Positions 9,928 through 18,833 of a DNA stretch of 64,000 nt are shown piece after piece. A program made the translations under genes and the position numbers. Below the pieces are notes generated by a model. The model saw only the letters and a program-made list of their open reading frames with translations, was not told where the DNA came from and did not search any database. Numbering within the stretch: position 1 is the stretch's first letter; each line of letters starts with the position of its first letter. The DNA is from Pirellulales bacterium. GTDB taxonomy: Bacteria; Planctomycetota; Planctomycetia; Pirellulales; UBA1268. The stretch lies in NCBI GenBank assembly GCA_016776925.1, contig JADHSL010000004.1, forward strand, positions 33,302 through 97,301, read 5' to 3'.

Positions 9928-11661
9928 TCATTCTTCTTGCACCGTGCGTTCACCTGACGCCATGCCTTGAAACTGTACTTCCAAGGCAGCTCGTCGGACA
10001 CTGTTTCCTGAAAGATCCTGGGATTCTGACGGGTCATCACTTAGATGAAACAGTTCGACACATTTTGCATAACTCCTGCCATCAATCTTTTTCGTATTAT
10101 ATTCGAGCACTGCTTTCCAGACGTCCGTAGAATTGTTCGCCACAGTGACGCCATATGCCGCCCACGTATTAAAAATCTTCTTTGTATTTTGTTCCCAAGG
10201 CCTGTTCGATTGAATATAGAGTGAGTCTCGAACTAGCTGTGCTTCTATTCCACTGGCTCTCAGCACCTTAGTAAAATCATAGCTGTCATTCGCTTGATCC
10301 GCTGGCACTGAAACACCGGCAAGCCCACATAGTGTTCTGAAGAGATCATGGAGTCCAATGATCTGATCTCGTATTTTTCGTCCACCTGGTATCTCCTGAC
10401 TCCAGCACATAACGAGTGGCACCCTGTGCCCACCTTCATAAACAAAACCTTTTTCACCGCGCAATGGACTACCATCTTGAGCAACACCCTGAGCATTGCG
10501 GTGCACTCTCCCTTGGTTTTCAACACCTACTTCAATACGATTCCCGCCATATTCACTGTTGTCTTTTGCATCATGGTAGAGCGATTGATCCCATGACGAG
10601 CCTGGACCAACAGCAGCACCATTGTCACTTGTAAAGACAATAAGCGTGTTGTGAAACAAACCAAGCGATGTCAATTTCTCAATAAATAAACCAAGTGCGG
10701 CATCCCCTTCACGAATCATATCCGTGCGTTTATTTACTGTGGTTCCCGCGATTGGAATTGCTTCACGTACTGAAAGGTCATTCGTACACAGCGGATCTTT
10801 TACATTAAAGGAAACAGGAGGTGCATACGGAGAATGTCCGGCTTGCGAGCAATAATAAAGAAAGAACGGCTTCTCTTTCCCACGTGTCGCAACATGGCGA
10901 TCGATAAATGCAAAAGCATCGTGCATAAGTAGTGGACCAACAGACTCAGTGCTCCAATTATCCATTCCGTAAGCTATTTTTTTAGATTTTTTGGCAGTGA
11001 CTTTAAAAAAACTACGAGCAGTTCCATCGTCTGTAAAATGCTGCCAGGACTTCTGCTTATTATCCCAACGTGCAAGGCGGTCATTTTTGAAGAATGCATA
11101 TGGCTCACTTTGAATACCCGCTGGAAGAGTGAGCGAGTATTCAAAACCATGATCAATAGGCCCATCATGAAAACGCTGACTTAGATCAGCATGATGAAAA
11201 CCATTTGCATTTGTCCCATCGGACTTAAAAAATGTGGAACCAAGATGGCTTTTCCCAAAGAACGCCGTGGAATAACCTGCTCGGCTTAGGACGTCAGCAA
11301 GCGTCTGTTGGCCAGATACAATCTGACTCCCTGAAAAATGGCCCCATGTGCCACCCGGATTACGTCCGCGATAGACGTGATTGCCGGTGAGTAGTGCGTA
11401 TCGTGTTGGCGCACAAACAGATGCAGACGAGTGGGCATTTGTAAACACCACACCCTTTTCCAAAAGGTTATCGAGATGTGGTGTCTCAAAGCCAGATCCA
11501 TTTGGGTTGAGTGCATGAACATCACCGTATCCCATATCATCCATGAGGAAGACGAGGATATTCGGCTGCCTCTCCAAGGCAAGCAATGAATTACCTAGCG
11601 GAGATAAAAAAATACAAATCGAAATAGTCAGCCATTTTACCTTCGCAACTGTCATTTCCAT
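9928..11661 (-). CDS. Cys-type sulfatase, exported
   Basis: 577-aa ORF with MDDMGYGD, signature VCAPTRYALLTGN, SDNGA and GGHRVP. Confidence 0.9.
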   Translation of the reverse strand: MEMTVAKVKWLTISICIFLSPLGNSLLALERQPNILVFLMDDMGYGDVHALNPNGSGFETPHLDNLLEKGVVFTNAHSSASVCAPTRYALLTGNHVYRGRNPGGTWGHFSGSQIVSGQQTLADVLSRAGYSTAFFGKSHLGSTFFKSDGTNANGFHHADLSQRFHDGPIDHGFEYSLTLPAGIQSEPYAFFKNDRLARWDNKQKSWQHFTDDGTARSFFKVTAKKSKKIAYGMDNWSTESVGPLLMHDAFAFIDRHVATRGKEKPFFLYYCSQAGHSPYAPPVSFNVKDPLCTNDLSVREAIPIAGTTVNKRTDMIREGDAALGLFIEKLTSLGLFHNTLIVFTSDNGAAVGPGSSWDQSLYHDAKDNSEYGGNRIEVGVENQGRVHRNAQGVAQDGSPLRGEKGFVYEGGHRVPLVMCWSQEIPGGRKIRDQIIGLHDLFRTLCGLAGVSVPADQANDSYDFTKVLRASGIEAQLVRDSLYIQSNRPWEQNTKKIFNTWAAYGVTVANNSTDVWKAVLEYNTKKIDGRSYAKCVELFHLSDDPSESQDLSGNSVRRAALEVQFQGMASGERTVQEE

Positions 11662-12047
11662 ATCTGCTTCATTCCAATGATTTTCGATGCAGCAACGGTT
11701 ATTGCTCGCAAGACATAACGGCCTGTACTAAAACCTGATCAGCACACGGCTTCCCCCACCGATGTGGCACAGAAGGCAACGCCAAGATAGATCTATTTGC
11801 AAACAGATGCCATGAACCTGAGAATTCTTATAAAATAATTAAGACTTACGAGTCTCATGCGTGGCTCTCTTTGTTGAGTAGGCATCCACGTCCTCATTAT
11901 TAATCAGGACGTTTAGTTGGTAATTCTGGCTCCGACTATCCGTCTTGTGAAAATTTAAATAGACTTGTTCCCGGAACGGTAGTAGCTAGATATTGCGTTT
12001 TTAGCACTATGCATTCCCATTCATTTTCTGTGGGGGAAAAACATCGG

Positions 12048-13301
12048 ATGAAGTGTTTTCCAAGATACTGCGGCGTCGGCTTATTGAGTTGTCTAAGCTT
12101 CGTTCTTAGCGCTATCGTATTCGCCGAAGAACTGAAGCCGACCGACTGGCCACAGTGGCGAGGCCCAACACGTGACAGCCGGGTTGTTGGCACACAGTGG
12201 CCAGACTCCCTTGATAAAAATCATCTCGAACTGTCTTGGGAAGTCGAACAGGGGCCAAGCTATTCTGGTCCTATTGTTGTTGGGAATCGTGTATTTACAA
12301 CTGAAACCGATGAGAAGAAAACAGAGGTTGTCTATGCGTACGACAAGACAACGGGCGACGAACTCTGGAGGACCGAGTGGGAAGGGGCCATGACTGTGCC
12401 GTTTTTTGCTGCATCAAATGGCAGCTGGATTCGAGCAACACCAGCATGTGACGGAAAGACTCTTTACGTCGCCGGCATGTGCGATGTCCTTTATGCACTT
12501 GACTGTGCAACTGGGGATACAAAATGGCATATTGATTTTAAGAATCGCTTTGATTCGCCGATGCCAGCCTTTGGTTTCGCATCTTCGCCACTGGTGCACG
12601 GTGATGCAATCTTTGTGCAGGCGGGAGGCGGCTTTATCAAACTTAACAAAACAACCGGGGAAACCATCTGGAGAGTTGCGAACGATGGTGGCGGCATGTT
12701 TGGGAGTGCATTTAGCTCTCCTATCATCACAACACTTCAAAACAAACAACTCCTTCTTGTACAGACAAGAAAATCACTTAAAGGAGTTGATCCTGTAACG
12801 GGTGATGAAATGTGGTCACAAGATATCGAAGCCTTTCGTGGCATGAATATATTGACACCTACCGTTCACGAGGAAACGATTTTCACCAGTGCGCATTCTG
12901 GCCACTCCCAGCTCTGGAAACATACTGATCAGAGTACTTCACTCGAAGAGATCTGGTCAGGAAAATCTCAGGCCTATATGTCATCACCAGTTGTCGTCGC
13001 CAACCATATTTATCTCCACCTACGAAATCAACGAATCGTCTGCATCAATCTAGAAACTGGTGAAGAGGCCTGGAGAACAACTCCTTTTGGCAAGTATCAG
13101 AGCATGGCAGTTCTTGATGACAAGATTCTTGCGCTTGATGAAAGTGGTGAGCTACTGCTTTTCAGCGCAAACCCAAATGAGTTCGACCTGATCGACCGAC
13201 GACGTGTCGCAGAAAATGACACGTGGGGACATATTGCCGTAAGCAAGAACCAGATATTTATTCGCCGACTTGATGGCCTTGCTGTATACACCTGGAAATA
13301 G
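12048..13301 (+). CDS. PQQ-like / BamB-like beta-propeller repeat protein, exported
   Basis: The signal peptide is followed by DWPQWRGPTRDSRV, then repeated blades of the type (G..Y)...D..TG...W. The ORF opens at 12009; the Met at 12048 precedes the hydrophobic leader. Confidence 0.8.
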   Translation: MKCFPRYCGVGLLSCLSFVLSAIVFAEELKPTDWPQWRGPTRDSRVVGTQWPDSLDKNHLELSWEVEQGPSYSGPIVVGNRVFTTETDEKKTEVVYAYDKTTGDELWRTEWEGAMTVPFFAASNGSWIRATPACDGKTLYVAGMCDVLYALDCATGDTKWHIDFKNRFDSPMPAFGFASSPLVHGDAIFVQAGGGFIKLNKTTGETIWRVANDGGGMFGSAFSSPIITTLQNKQLLLVQTRKSLKGVDPVTGDEMWSQDIEAFRGMNILTPTVHEETIFTSAHSGHSQLWKHTDQSTSLEEIWSGKSQAYMSSPVVVANHIYLHLRNQRIVCINLETGEEAWRTTPFGKYQSMAVLDDKILALDESGELLLFSANPNEFDLIDRRRVAENDTWGHIAVSKNQIFIRRLDGLAVYTWK

Positions 13302-13374
13302 TCTGCACCTGGCTTTATCAAAAGGTATATCTCGCTACAAGAAATCGAGACATTCTCAGACAGAACATCGTTGA

Positions 13375-14352
13375 TCAATGAGTGAATGCCTTCGTGGGCT
13401 TTAACGTCTCGGAAGGTGACTCTCCAAATCGTTCTGCATACTCTTGGGAAAATCGTCCTGCATGTCCGTAGCCAACTGCCTTGCATACCTCACTCACTGA
13501 TTGTGATGGGCTTTTCCGTGTCTTGAGCAATTCTCGAGCTTTATCGAGACGCATTATCTTGAGCATCTGCTTTGGGCTCATAAAGTAATGATCGACAAAA
13601 CCTTTCTGGAGGGTTCGAACACTCACTCCTGCCGCTTCTGCAATGTCACCTACGGTCAGTTCTGATGTAAGGTTATCGCTAATGAACGTGCGGATTGTCA
13701 TAATAGGCATGTGCCCAATTCGACCACCTTCGTAGCCGCCTGTTGCCCACTCTCGAATTCCGTCTCCAAGACACGCCGCTACAGTTGATTCAAGATGGTT
13801 GAAGAAGCTTGGCAATCGTTTTGCACCTACTGCGCCGGTTGCCCAATCATCTAACGATTCAGCGAAACCAACGAGCGTCTGCTTTAAAACATTTCTATAT
13901 GGTCCCTCAAGTACGTAGCCACAGCGGCCACGAAAACCTTCTGGAAGTGACTTGTGTATCAGTGACATATCAATTCCATAGAAAAATGTCTGTGTCGTCG
14001 GTGTTGAACGAAATTTCAAATCCTCCCATGGAGCTTGGAGTACAGCTCTTGTTGTATCTGCTGTAAATCCGTTGCCATTTATTTCAACTTCGACATGCCC
14101 TTTGAGCGGCAGAATAAGCCAGTATCGCTCTTGGGGGATTCTGGATTCTGCATGGATTCCTGACGTACATGTGAGATAGCCCAAAGAAGATCGGCGTAAA
14201 TTAGCCCGATTATGAACAAGATGATATTTTTTCTTGCCGATAACACGACTTTTATATGGCCCCCAGACAGACGCCTGTTTTTTCCTTGCATCATAAATGT
14301 CTTTTGTATCAACAAAGGGATAACTTTTCAGAAGAAATTTCATATTGATCAC
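13375..14352 (-). CDS. AraC-family transcriptional regulator
   Basis: 325-aa ORF. The C-terminal double HTH reads ...VGDIAEAAGVSVRTLQKGF...AVGYGHAGRFSQEYAERFGESPSETL. The N-terminal half is an effector-binding domain of about 200 aa. Confidence 0.85.
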   Translation of the reverse strand: MINMKFLLKSYPFVDTKDIYDARKKQASVWGPYKSRVIGKKKYHLVHNRANLRRSSLGYLTCTSGIHAESRIPQERYWLILPLKGHVEVEINGNGFTADTTRAVLQAPWEDLKFRSTPTTQTFFYGIDMSLIHKSLPEGFRGRCGYVLEGPYRNVLKQTLVGFAESLDDWATGAVGAKRLPSFFNHLESTVAACLGDGIREWATGGYEGGRIGHMPIMTIRTFISDNLTSELTVGDIAEAAGVSVRTLQKGFVDHYFMSPKQMLKIMRLDKARELLKTRKSPSQSVSEVCKAVGYGHAGRFSQEYAERFGESPSETLKPTKAFTH

Positions 14353-14652
14353 TGGCTTAAAGAAACGCGTTAAGAAAATGTCTTACGCAAATTTTACTAC
14401 GAGCGCATTTTGGATAAAGATGACTTTTCCTCATTTTTTTTGCAGTAGTGAGACTCTTTCGCCGTTTCGTATTCTGGACAAAAAGGAATATCACCGAACC
14501 GACGGCGTGCGTAATCGTATTGTTTGTCATGACCCATGAACGACTTGTTGTTGACCATGGGTGCCCCTGGTTCGGCTTGGCGGTGATCACAAACACCGTC
14601 AAGCCGTTTCATTGAAACCGAGAAGCATCCTGACTTTATCTCTACCCTTGGG

Positions 14653-15648
14653 CTATTTGTTAGTGGCCTCTGCAGTCGTGTCGTAAACCCGCACGTAATC
14701 CACCAACATTTCTGACGGCATCTGGCTATCCTCCGCTGGCCCTCCAGCCCAATCCGCATTTCTTAAGGCGTAGTTGAGAATAATTCGGGCGTTCATTTTT
14801 GCCGGAACATTTCGCTTCCACTGAACATCCGGAACTTGACCATATGTTCTGTTGTGAACCGTGCCACCTTTGAACACCAGATAGGGATTTGACTTCCACG
14901 CTGGACCATCTTGGACAAGGTACCACTTCATTGTGTTGTCTGTAACCTGTAACCCAAATGTAATAAATGAATAGAAATCAATATGGGAGTGATCGACTTT
15001 GATGCCTTCACCAAAATGTGCTTTGAATTGCTGTTCATTCACAAAGAAATGATCCTCTGATCGTTTCTTTACAGATTTTATATCTACGGCTTTGGGAACC
15101 TCACTCTTTCGGAAATCATGCCACCATAGCCCACTCCAAAAACGAGTCTTTTCGCGGTTTCCAATAAATTCAAACATGTCAATTTCGAGCAGGTCTTCAG
15201 GCTTCCAGTCGCCCACCTTGTTAGACATTGTCCAAAAAGCTCCATAGCCGCCATTGTTGCTCGGCAACTTGCAGCGAAGTTCAAGATACATATTGTTCTT
15301 CAGAGCAAACTCCCCGTGCGTATGAATGCCTCCGGAAGAGTAATTAAATGTTTTTTCAGAGGTCCATGTTTTACCAAGGATAGGGGGGCTTTCTCTTCGC
15401 TGCGTAAAGACAAGAAAACCATCGCGAAACGAGATGTTCTCTTCCGAATACGCACAATCTACCCCCGTGTTCTGCACATTCTTATCATTAATTCCAAAAC
15501 CCCACATCTCAGCATTGAGTGTTGCCGCATTAAATTCATCACCAAATACCAGACTCGACCCTGGAGGTCCAAGGCTATCGATCTCCTGTGAAAAAACCTC
15601 TGAGCAACCGGCTGCAAACAGACAGCAGACGATGAGTCGAGATACCAT
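14653..15648 (-). CDS. GH16-family glycoside hydrolase, exported
   Basis: 331-aa ORF with ATG at 15646..15648 and AGGAG 9 nt upstream. It has a signal peptide and the GH16 catalytic motif E-x-D-x-x-E, present as EIDMFE (codons 15169..15186). The N-terminal GDEFN...W segment is typical of the jelly-roll fold. Confidence 0.8.
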   Translation of the reverse strand: MVSRLIVCCLFAAGCSEVFSQEIDSLGPPGSSLVFGDEFNAATLNAEMWGFGINDKNVQNTGVDCAYSEENISFRDGFLVFTQRRESPPILGKTWTSEKTFNYSSGGIHTHGEFALKNNMYLELRCKLPSNNGGYGAFWTMSNKVGDWKPEDLLEIDMFEFIGNREKTRFWSGLWWHDFRKSEVPKAVDIKSVKKRSEDHFFVNEQQFKAHFGEGIKVDHSHIDFYSFITFGLQVTDNTMKWYLVQDGPAWKSNPYLVFKGGTVHNRTYGQVPDVQWKRNVPAKMNARIILNYALRNADWAGGPAEDSQMPSEMLVDYVRVYDTTAEATNK

Positions 15649-15774
15649 GTTTTATTACTCCTAAATGGTTAAGACACATCAGCTTCCTCAGTCACACACC
15701 CTTCGTGACCTTCAATACACTGCCATGTTTTTTAGCATACTTTACAATCTTATTTTACCCCGTGTGTTTTGGAC

Positions 15775-16323
15775 TCACTTCCCCAAAGAATCAACTTCAT
15801 ATTTTTTATACAAGCCAAGTGCTTGACCTATCCAATAAACTACAGGGAACACAAAATGCTTCATGGCACGAGGAACTTCAAGAACATCGAACTCTCCTCG
15901 GTATTGCACCGCAAGATACGCTGCATCAAACAACCCTGGAGCATTTGAACTCCGCTTGGATGTCGATAAAAAAAGAATTGTCATATAACGCTGCAAATTC
16001 CCCGCAGGTTTTGCCCAAGAAACGAGTATCAATTCCTCCTCACTACTATTCCAAAATCTATGAGGTACTGACTTTTCGAAGACTGTGCTTTCCCCCACAT
16101 GAAGATGCTTGACATCTGAGCCCAGGGCCTGAAATGCCATGACTCCCTGCTTGACTTCGAAACCCTCTGCCTGTTGAAGATGGACATGCAAAATTGGTCC
16201 GCAGCCAGGCTGAACATACCCTTCAAATAGAATTCGGTCACCATCCGGCTCACGAATACATTCACTGAATCGGACAATTTCACCGTGACCACTATTTATT
16301 GTTTGTGGAAGACGTAATTGCAT
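15775..16323 (-). CDS. Cupin-domain protein
   Basis: 182-aa ORF. A cupin-like core (G.GPILHVHLQQAEGFEVKQGVM...VGESTVFEKSVPHRFWN) is followed by a hydrophobic C-terminal segment. Confidence 0.55.
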   Translation of the reverse strand: MQLRLPQTINSGHGEIVRFSECIREPDGDRILFEGYVQPGCGPILHVHLQQAEGFEVKQGVMAFQALGSDVKHLHVGESTVFEKSVPHRFWNSSEEELILVSWAKPAGNLQRYMTILFLSTSKRSSNAPGLFDAAYLAVQYRGEFDVLEVPRAMKHFVFPVVYWIGQALGLYKKYEVDSLGK

Positions 16324-16398
16324 CTTCTTCCTTTCGAACCTGATATCTTATTGACCACAGCGTACATTCGCTATTGCCTGCCCAGGGGAAATAATTCT

Positions 16399-17844
16399 AT
16401 GAGGACTGCTCTCTTTCTCATCATTTTCTTCAATGTGACCCATGTAGTTGCTGATGATCGTCCAAATATTATTTTCCTCATGACTGATGACCAAAATGTG
16501 AGATCACTGGGATGCTATGGAGCACCTGGCGTCAAGACACCGAACATTGATGCCCTTGCAACCGATGGAGTGGCGTTTGATCGACATTATGACACCACGG
16601 CTATTTGCATGGCATGCCGGGCAACTGTCATGACCGGTCTTCTGGAATATCGACACGGTGTCAACTTTGGCACTGGCACGACAGGCGATGGACAGATGAC
16701 ACGTGAAGATTGGGGGGAAAGCTATCCCATGCTTCTCCGTAATGCTGGTTACCGAACTGCGTTCGCAGGAAAATTTGGCTTCACGATTGAGGATTCATCC
16801 AAGGGTGGTCGATATCCAGAAAATGACTTTGACTCATGGGGGGGTGGTCCCGGCCAAACATCATTCGTTACAGCGAGAAATAAATCGATGGCGAAGTACG
16901 CACAAAAATACCCTCATGCAACTCGATCCTACGGAGCCTTTGGAAGCGACTTCATCAGAGAATCGGCAAAGAAAGACAAACCATTCTGTTTATCCATCAG
17001 CTTTAAGGCTCCCCATCGGCCAGTTCAGCCAGACCCCCTTTATGATGATATTTATACTGGAACACATTTCCCAAAACCAGAAAATTTTGGACGCGAGCAT
17101 GGGACACATTTCTCAGAACAGTCGCGGCAAGGGCGGCAGTACCAACGGTTTGAAGAGTGGCACTACAATGATTCCTACGATGAAGTTATGGCAAAGTACT
17201 ACCAACTCATCTACGCCGTAGACGTGGCTGTTGGCATGATTCGTGAGGCTATTGAAACTGCTGGTGTAAAGCACAAAACACTCATTATTTTCACATCTGA
17301 CAACGGCTATCTCTGTGGAGCTCACGGGTATGGATCCAAGGTGCTCCCTTATGAAGAAAGCTCCCGTGTCCCACTCATTATCTACGACCCACGCTCCCAA
17401 AAAAAAACCGATCGATGTAACGCCGTAACGGCCAACATTGATCTCGCAGCAACTATTCTCGATGCAGCACTAGGAAAGGCTCTTCACGGAAACGGCCGCA
17501 GTCTCCTCAAGCATTATGCCACCAGTAGCAATAAACACCGCGACCGTATCATTCCCCTTATCAATGTATGGGGACCAGAGCAGGTCTTTAGTCTGGGTTT
17601 TGTAAAAGGTGAGTGGAAATATATTTACTGGCCGTACGCCGGTGATGGAATGAAGCCCGCGGCCGAGATCTATAACCTTAAAGAAGACCCACTCGAACTA
17701 CATAATCGAATCAACGACCAATCGATCCAAGATATCCGCTTACGACTTGAAAAGGACTATGACCTTCTCGTTCGAGGATGGGTGCAACAGTCAATTGATC
17801 GCCCACATTACAAACATACCGCTACTCTTTTCACTCGCAAATGA
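16399..17844 (+). CDS. Sulfatase with variant C-x-A-x-R signature, exported
   Basis: It has MTDDQN, AICMACRATVMTGL (C-M-A-C-R at 16606..16620), SDNGY and a signal peptide from the Met at 16399. The ORF opens at a TTG at 16318, which would overlap the divergent cupin gene. Confidence 0.85.
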   Translation: MRTALFLIIFFNVTHVVADDRPNIIFLMTDDQNVRSLGCYGAPGVKTPNIDALATDGVAFDRHYDTTAICMACRATVMTGLLEYRHGVNFGTGTTGDGQMTREDWGESYPMLLRNAGYRTAFAGKFGFTIEDSSKGGRYPENDFDSWGGGPGQTSFVTARNKSMAKYAQKYPHATRSYGAFGSDFIRESAKKDKPFCLSISFKAPHRPVQPDPLYDDIYTGTHFPKPENFGREHGTHFSEQSRQGRQYQRFEEWHYNDSYDEVMAKYYQLIYAVDVAVGMIREAIETAGVKHKTLIIFTSDNGYLCGAHGYGSKVLPYEESSRVPLIIYDPRSQKKTDRCNAVTANIDLAATILDAALGKALHGNGRSLLKHYATSSNKHRDRIIPLINVWGPEQVFSLGFVKGEWKYIYWPYAGDGMKPAAEIYNLKEDPLELHNRINDQSIQDIRLRLEKDYDLLVRGWVQQSIDRPHYKHTATLFTRK

Positions 17845-17853
17845 AGGTAACAA

Positions 17854-18807
17854 ATGAGGCTGGCGATTCTTATCTGTGTCATCTTGATGTGCCCATTAAG
17901 TCGTGCCGAACTCCCTCAATTCGACGAGGGGCCACGACCAAAAGACTTCAAAGAATTGCGAAAATATTATGCAAGTCGTGGCCTAAGCATTGCTCACAAG
18001 AAATTAAAACCGTCATCTGATGTTCAACAAACCAACAGTCTGGTCTACGCTCAACGGAAAGGCCGCCCACTACACATTGACGCCTTTGTCCCCAGAAAAG
18101 TGAATGCAACAAAAACTGTAGTTGTACTTGTACATGGAGGGGGTTGGAAAAAGGGGGATCGCTCCGGCGAGCACACAAAGGCAGCATGGTTTTCTAGCCG
18201 TGGCTACATAGCCTTGTGTCCTGAATATCGACTTTCTGGAGAAGCCACATTCCCAGCCGCAATTCATGACCTGAAAGACGCTATTCGCTGGACTCGATCG
18301 CATGCTCCTCGATGGGGAGCGAACCCTGATAACATTGTTCTCATGGGATTCTCAGCCGGCGCTCATCTTGTTGCACTTGCTGCAACAGCTGGTCCTGAAG
18401 CGAAACTCGATCTGGCAGACAGTCAAAAACGAACGAGTTCTGTGGCTGCGTGCATTGCCGTTGCGGGCCCATCGACAACCAACGATGAACGTGCTTTGCT
18501 GAATGCGAGAAAATCGCATTCGAATTATCAGCTATTTTTTGGTGGACTCCCAGAAAATATTCCAGAAATTTATGAGCAAGGATCACCATTGCATTGGGTC
18601 TCCGGAAATGAACCTCCTATGCTTTTTATCACAGAAGGCAATCCAGATGCCCATAAGGCAATACGTTCAAGATTAGACAAGATGGGAATCCGGAACGAAG
18701 GTTTTAATTTGACAGGTGGACTCCATAGCGAATGGAACTGGGAACCATGGTTCACTCCAACAATGGTAGTGACCGAAAAATTCATTCGATCTGTTCTCAC
18801 ACAGTGA
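17854..18807 (+). CDS. Exported alpha/beta-hydrolase-fold esterase (HGGGW / GxSxG type)
   Basis: 317-aa ORF with a signal peptide, VLVHGGGWKKGD and GFSAGAH. It starts 10 nt after the sulfatase stop, so it is likely co-transcribed. Confidence 0.75.
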   Translation: MRLAILICVILMCPLSRAELPQFDEGPRPKDFKELRKYYASRGLSIAHKKLKPSSDVQQTNSLVYAQRKGRPLHIDAFVPRKVNATKTVVVLVHGGGWKKGDRSGEHTKAAWFSSRGYIALCPEYRLSGEATFPAAIHDLKDAIRWTRSHAPRWGANPDNIVLMGFSAGAHLVALAATAGPEAKLDLADSQKRTSSVAACIAVAGPSTTNDERALLNARKSHSNYQLFFGGLPENIPEIYEQGSPLHWVSGNEPPMLFITEGNPDAHKAIRSRLDKMGIRNEGFNLTGGLHSEWNWEPWFTPTMVVTEKFIRSVLTQ

Positions 18808-18833
18808 TTTGTAACGAACATTCAATAGACGGC

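Noticed and set aside
17399-17407. An A9 homopolymer inside the sulfatase CDS (encoding ..SQKKT..) as a possible slipped-strand phase-variation switch. Similar T8/A8 runs occur near 14434, 29413 and 58952.
   Set aside because: Each is a single short run, in frame with intact downstream motifs. There is no evidence of variation from a single sequence, and runs of this length are expected by chance at about 50% GC over 64 kb.
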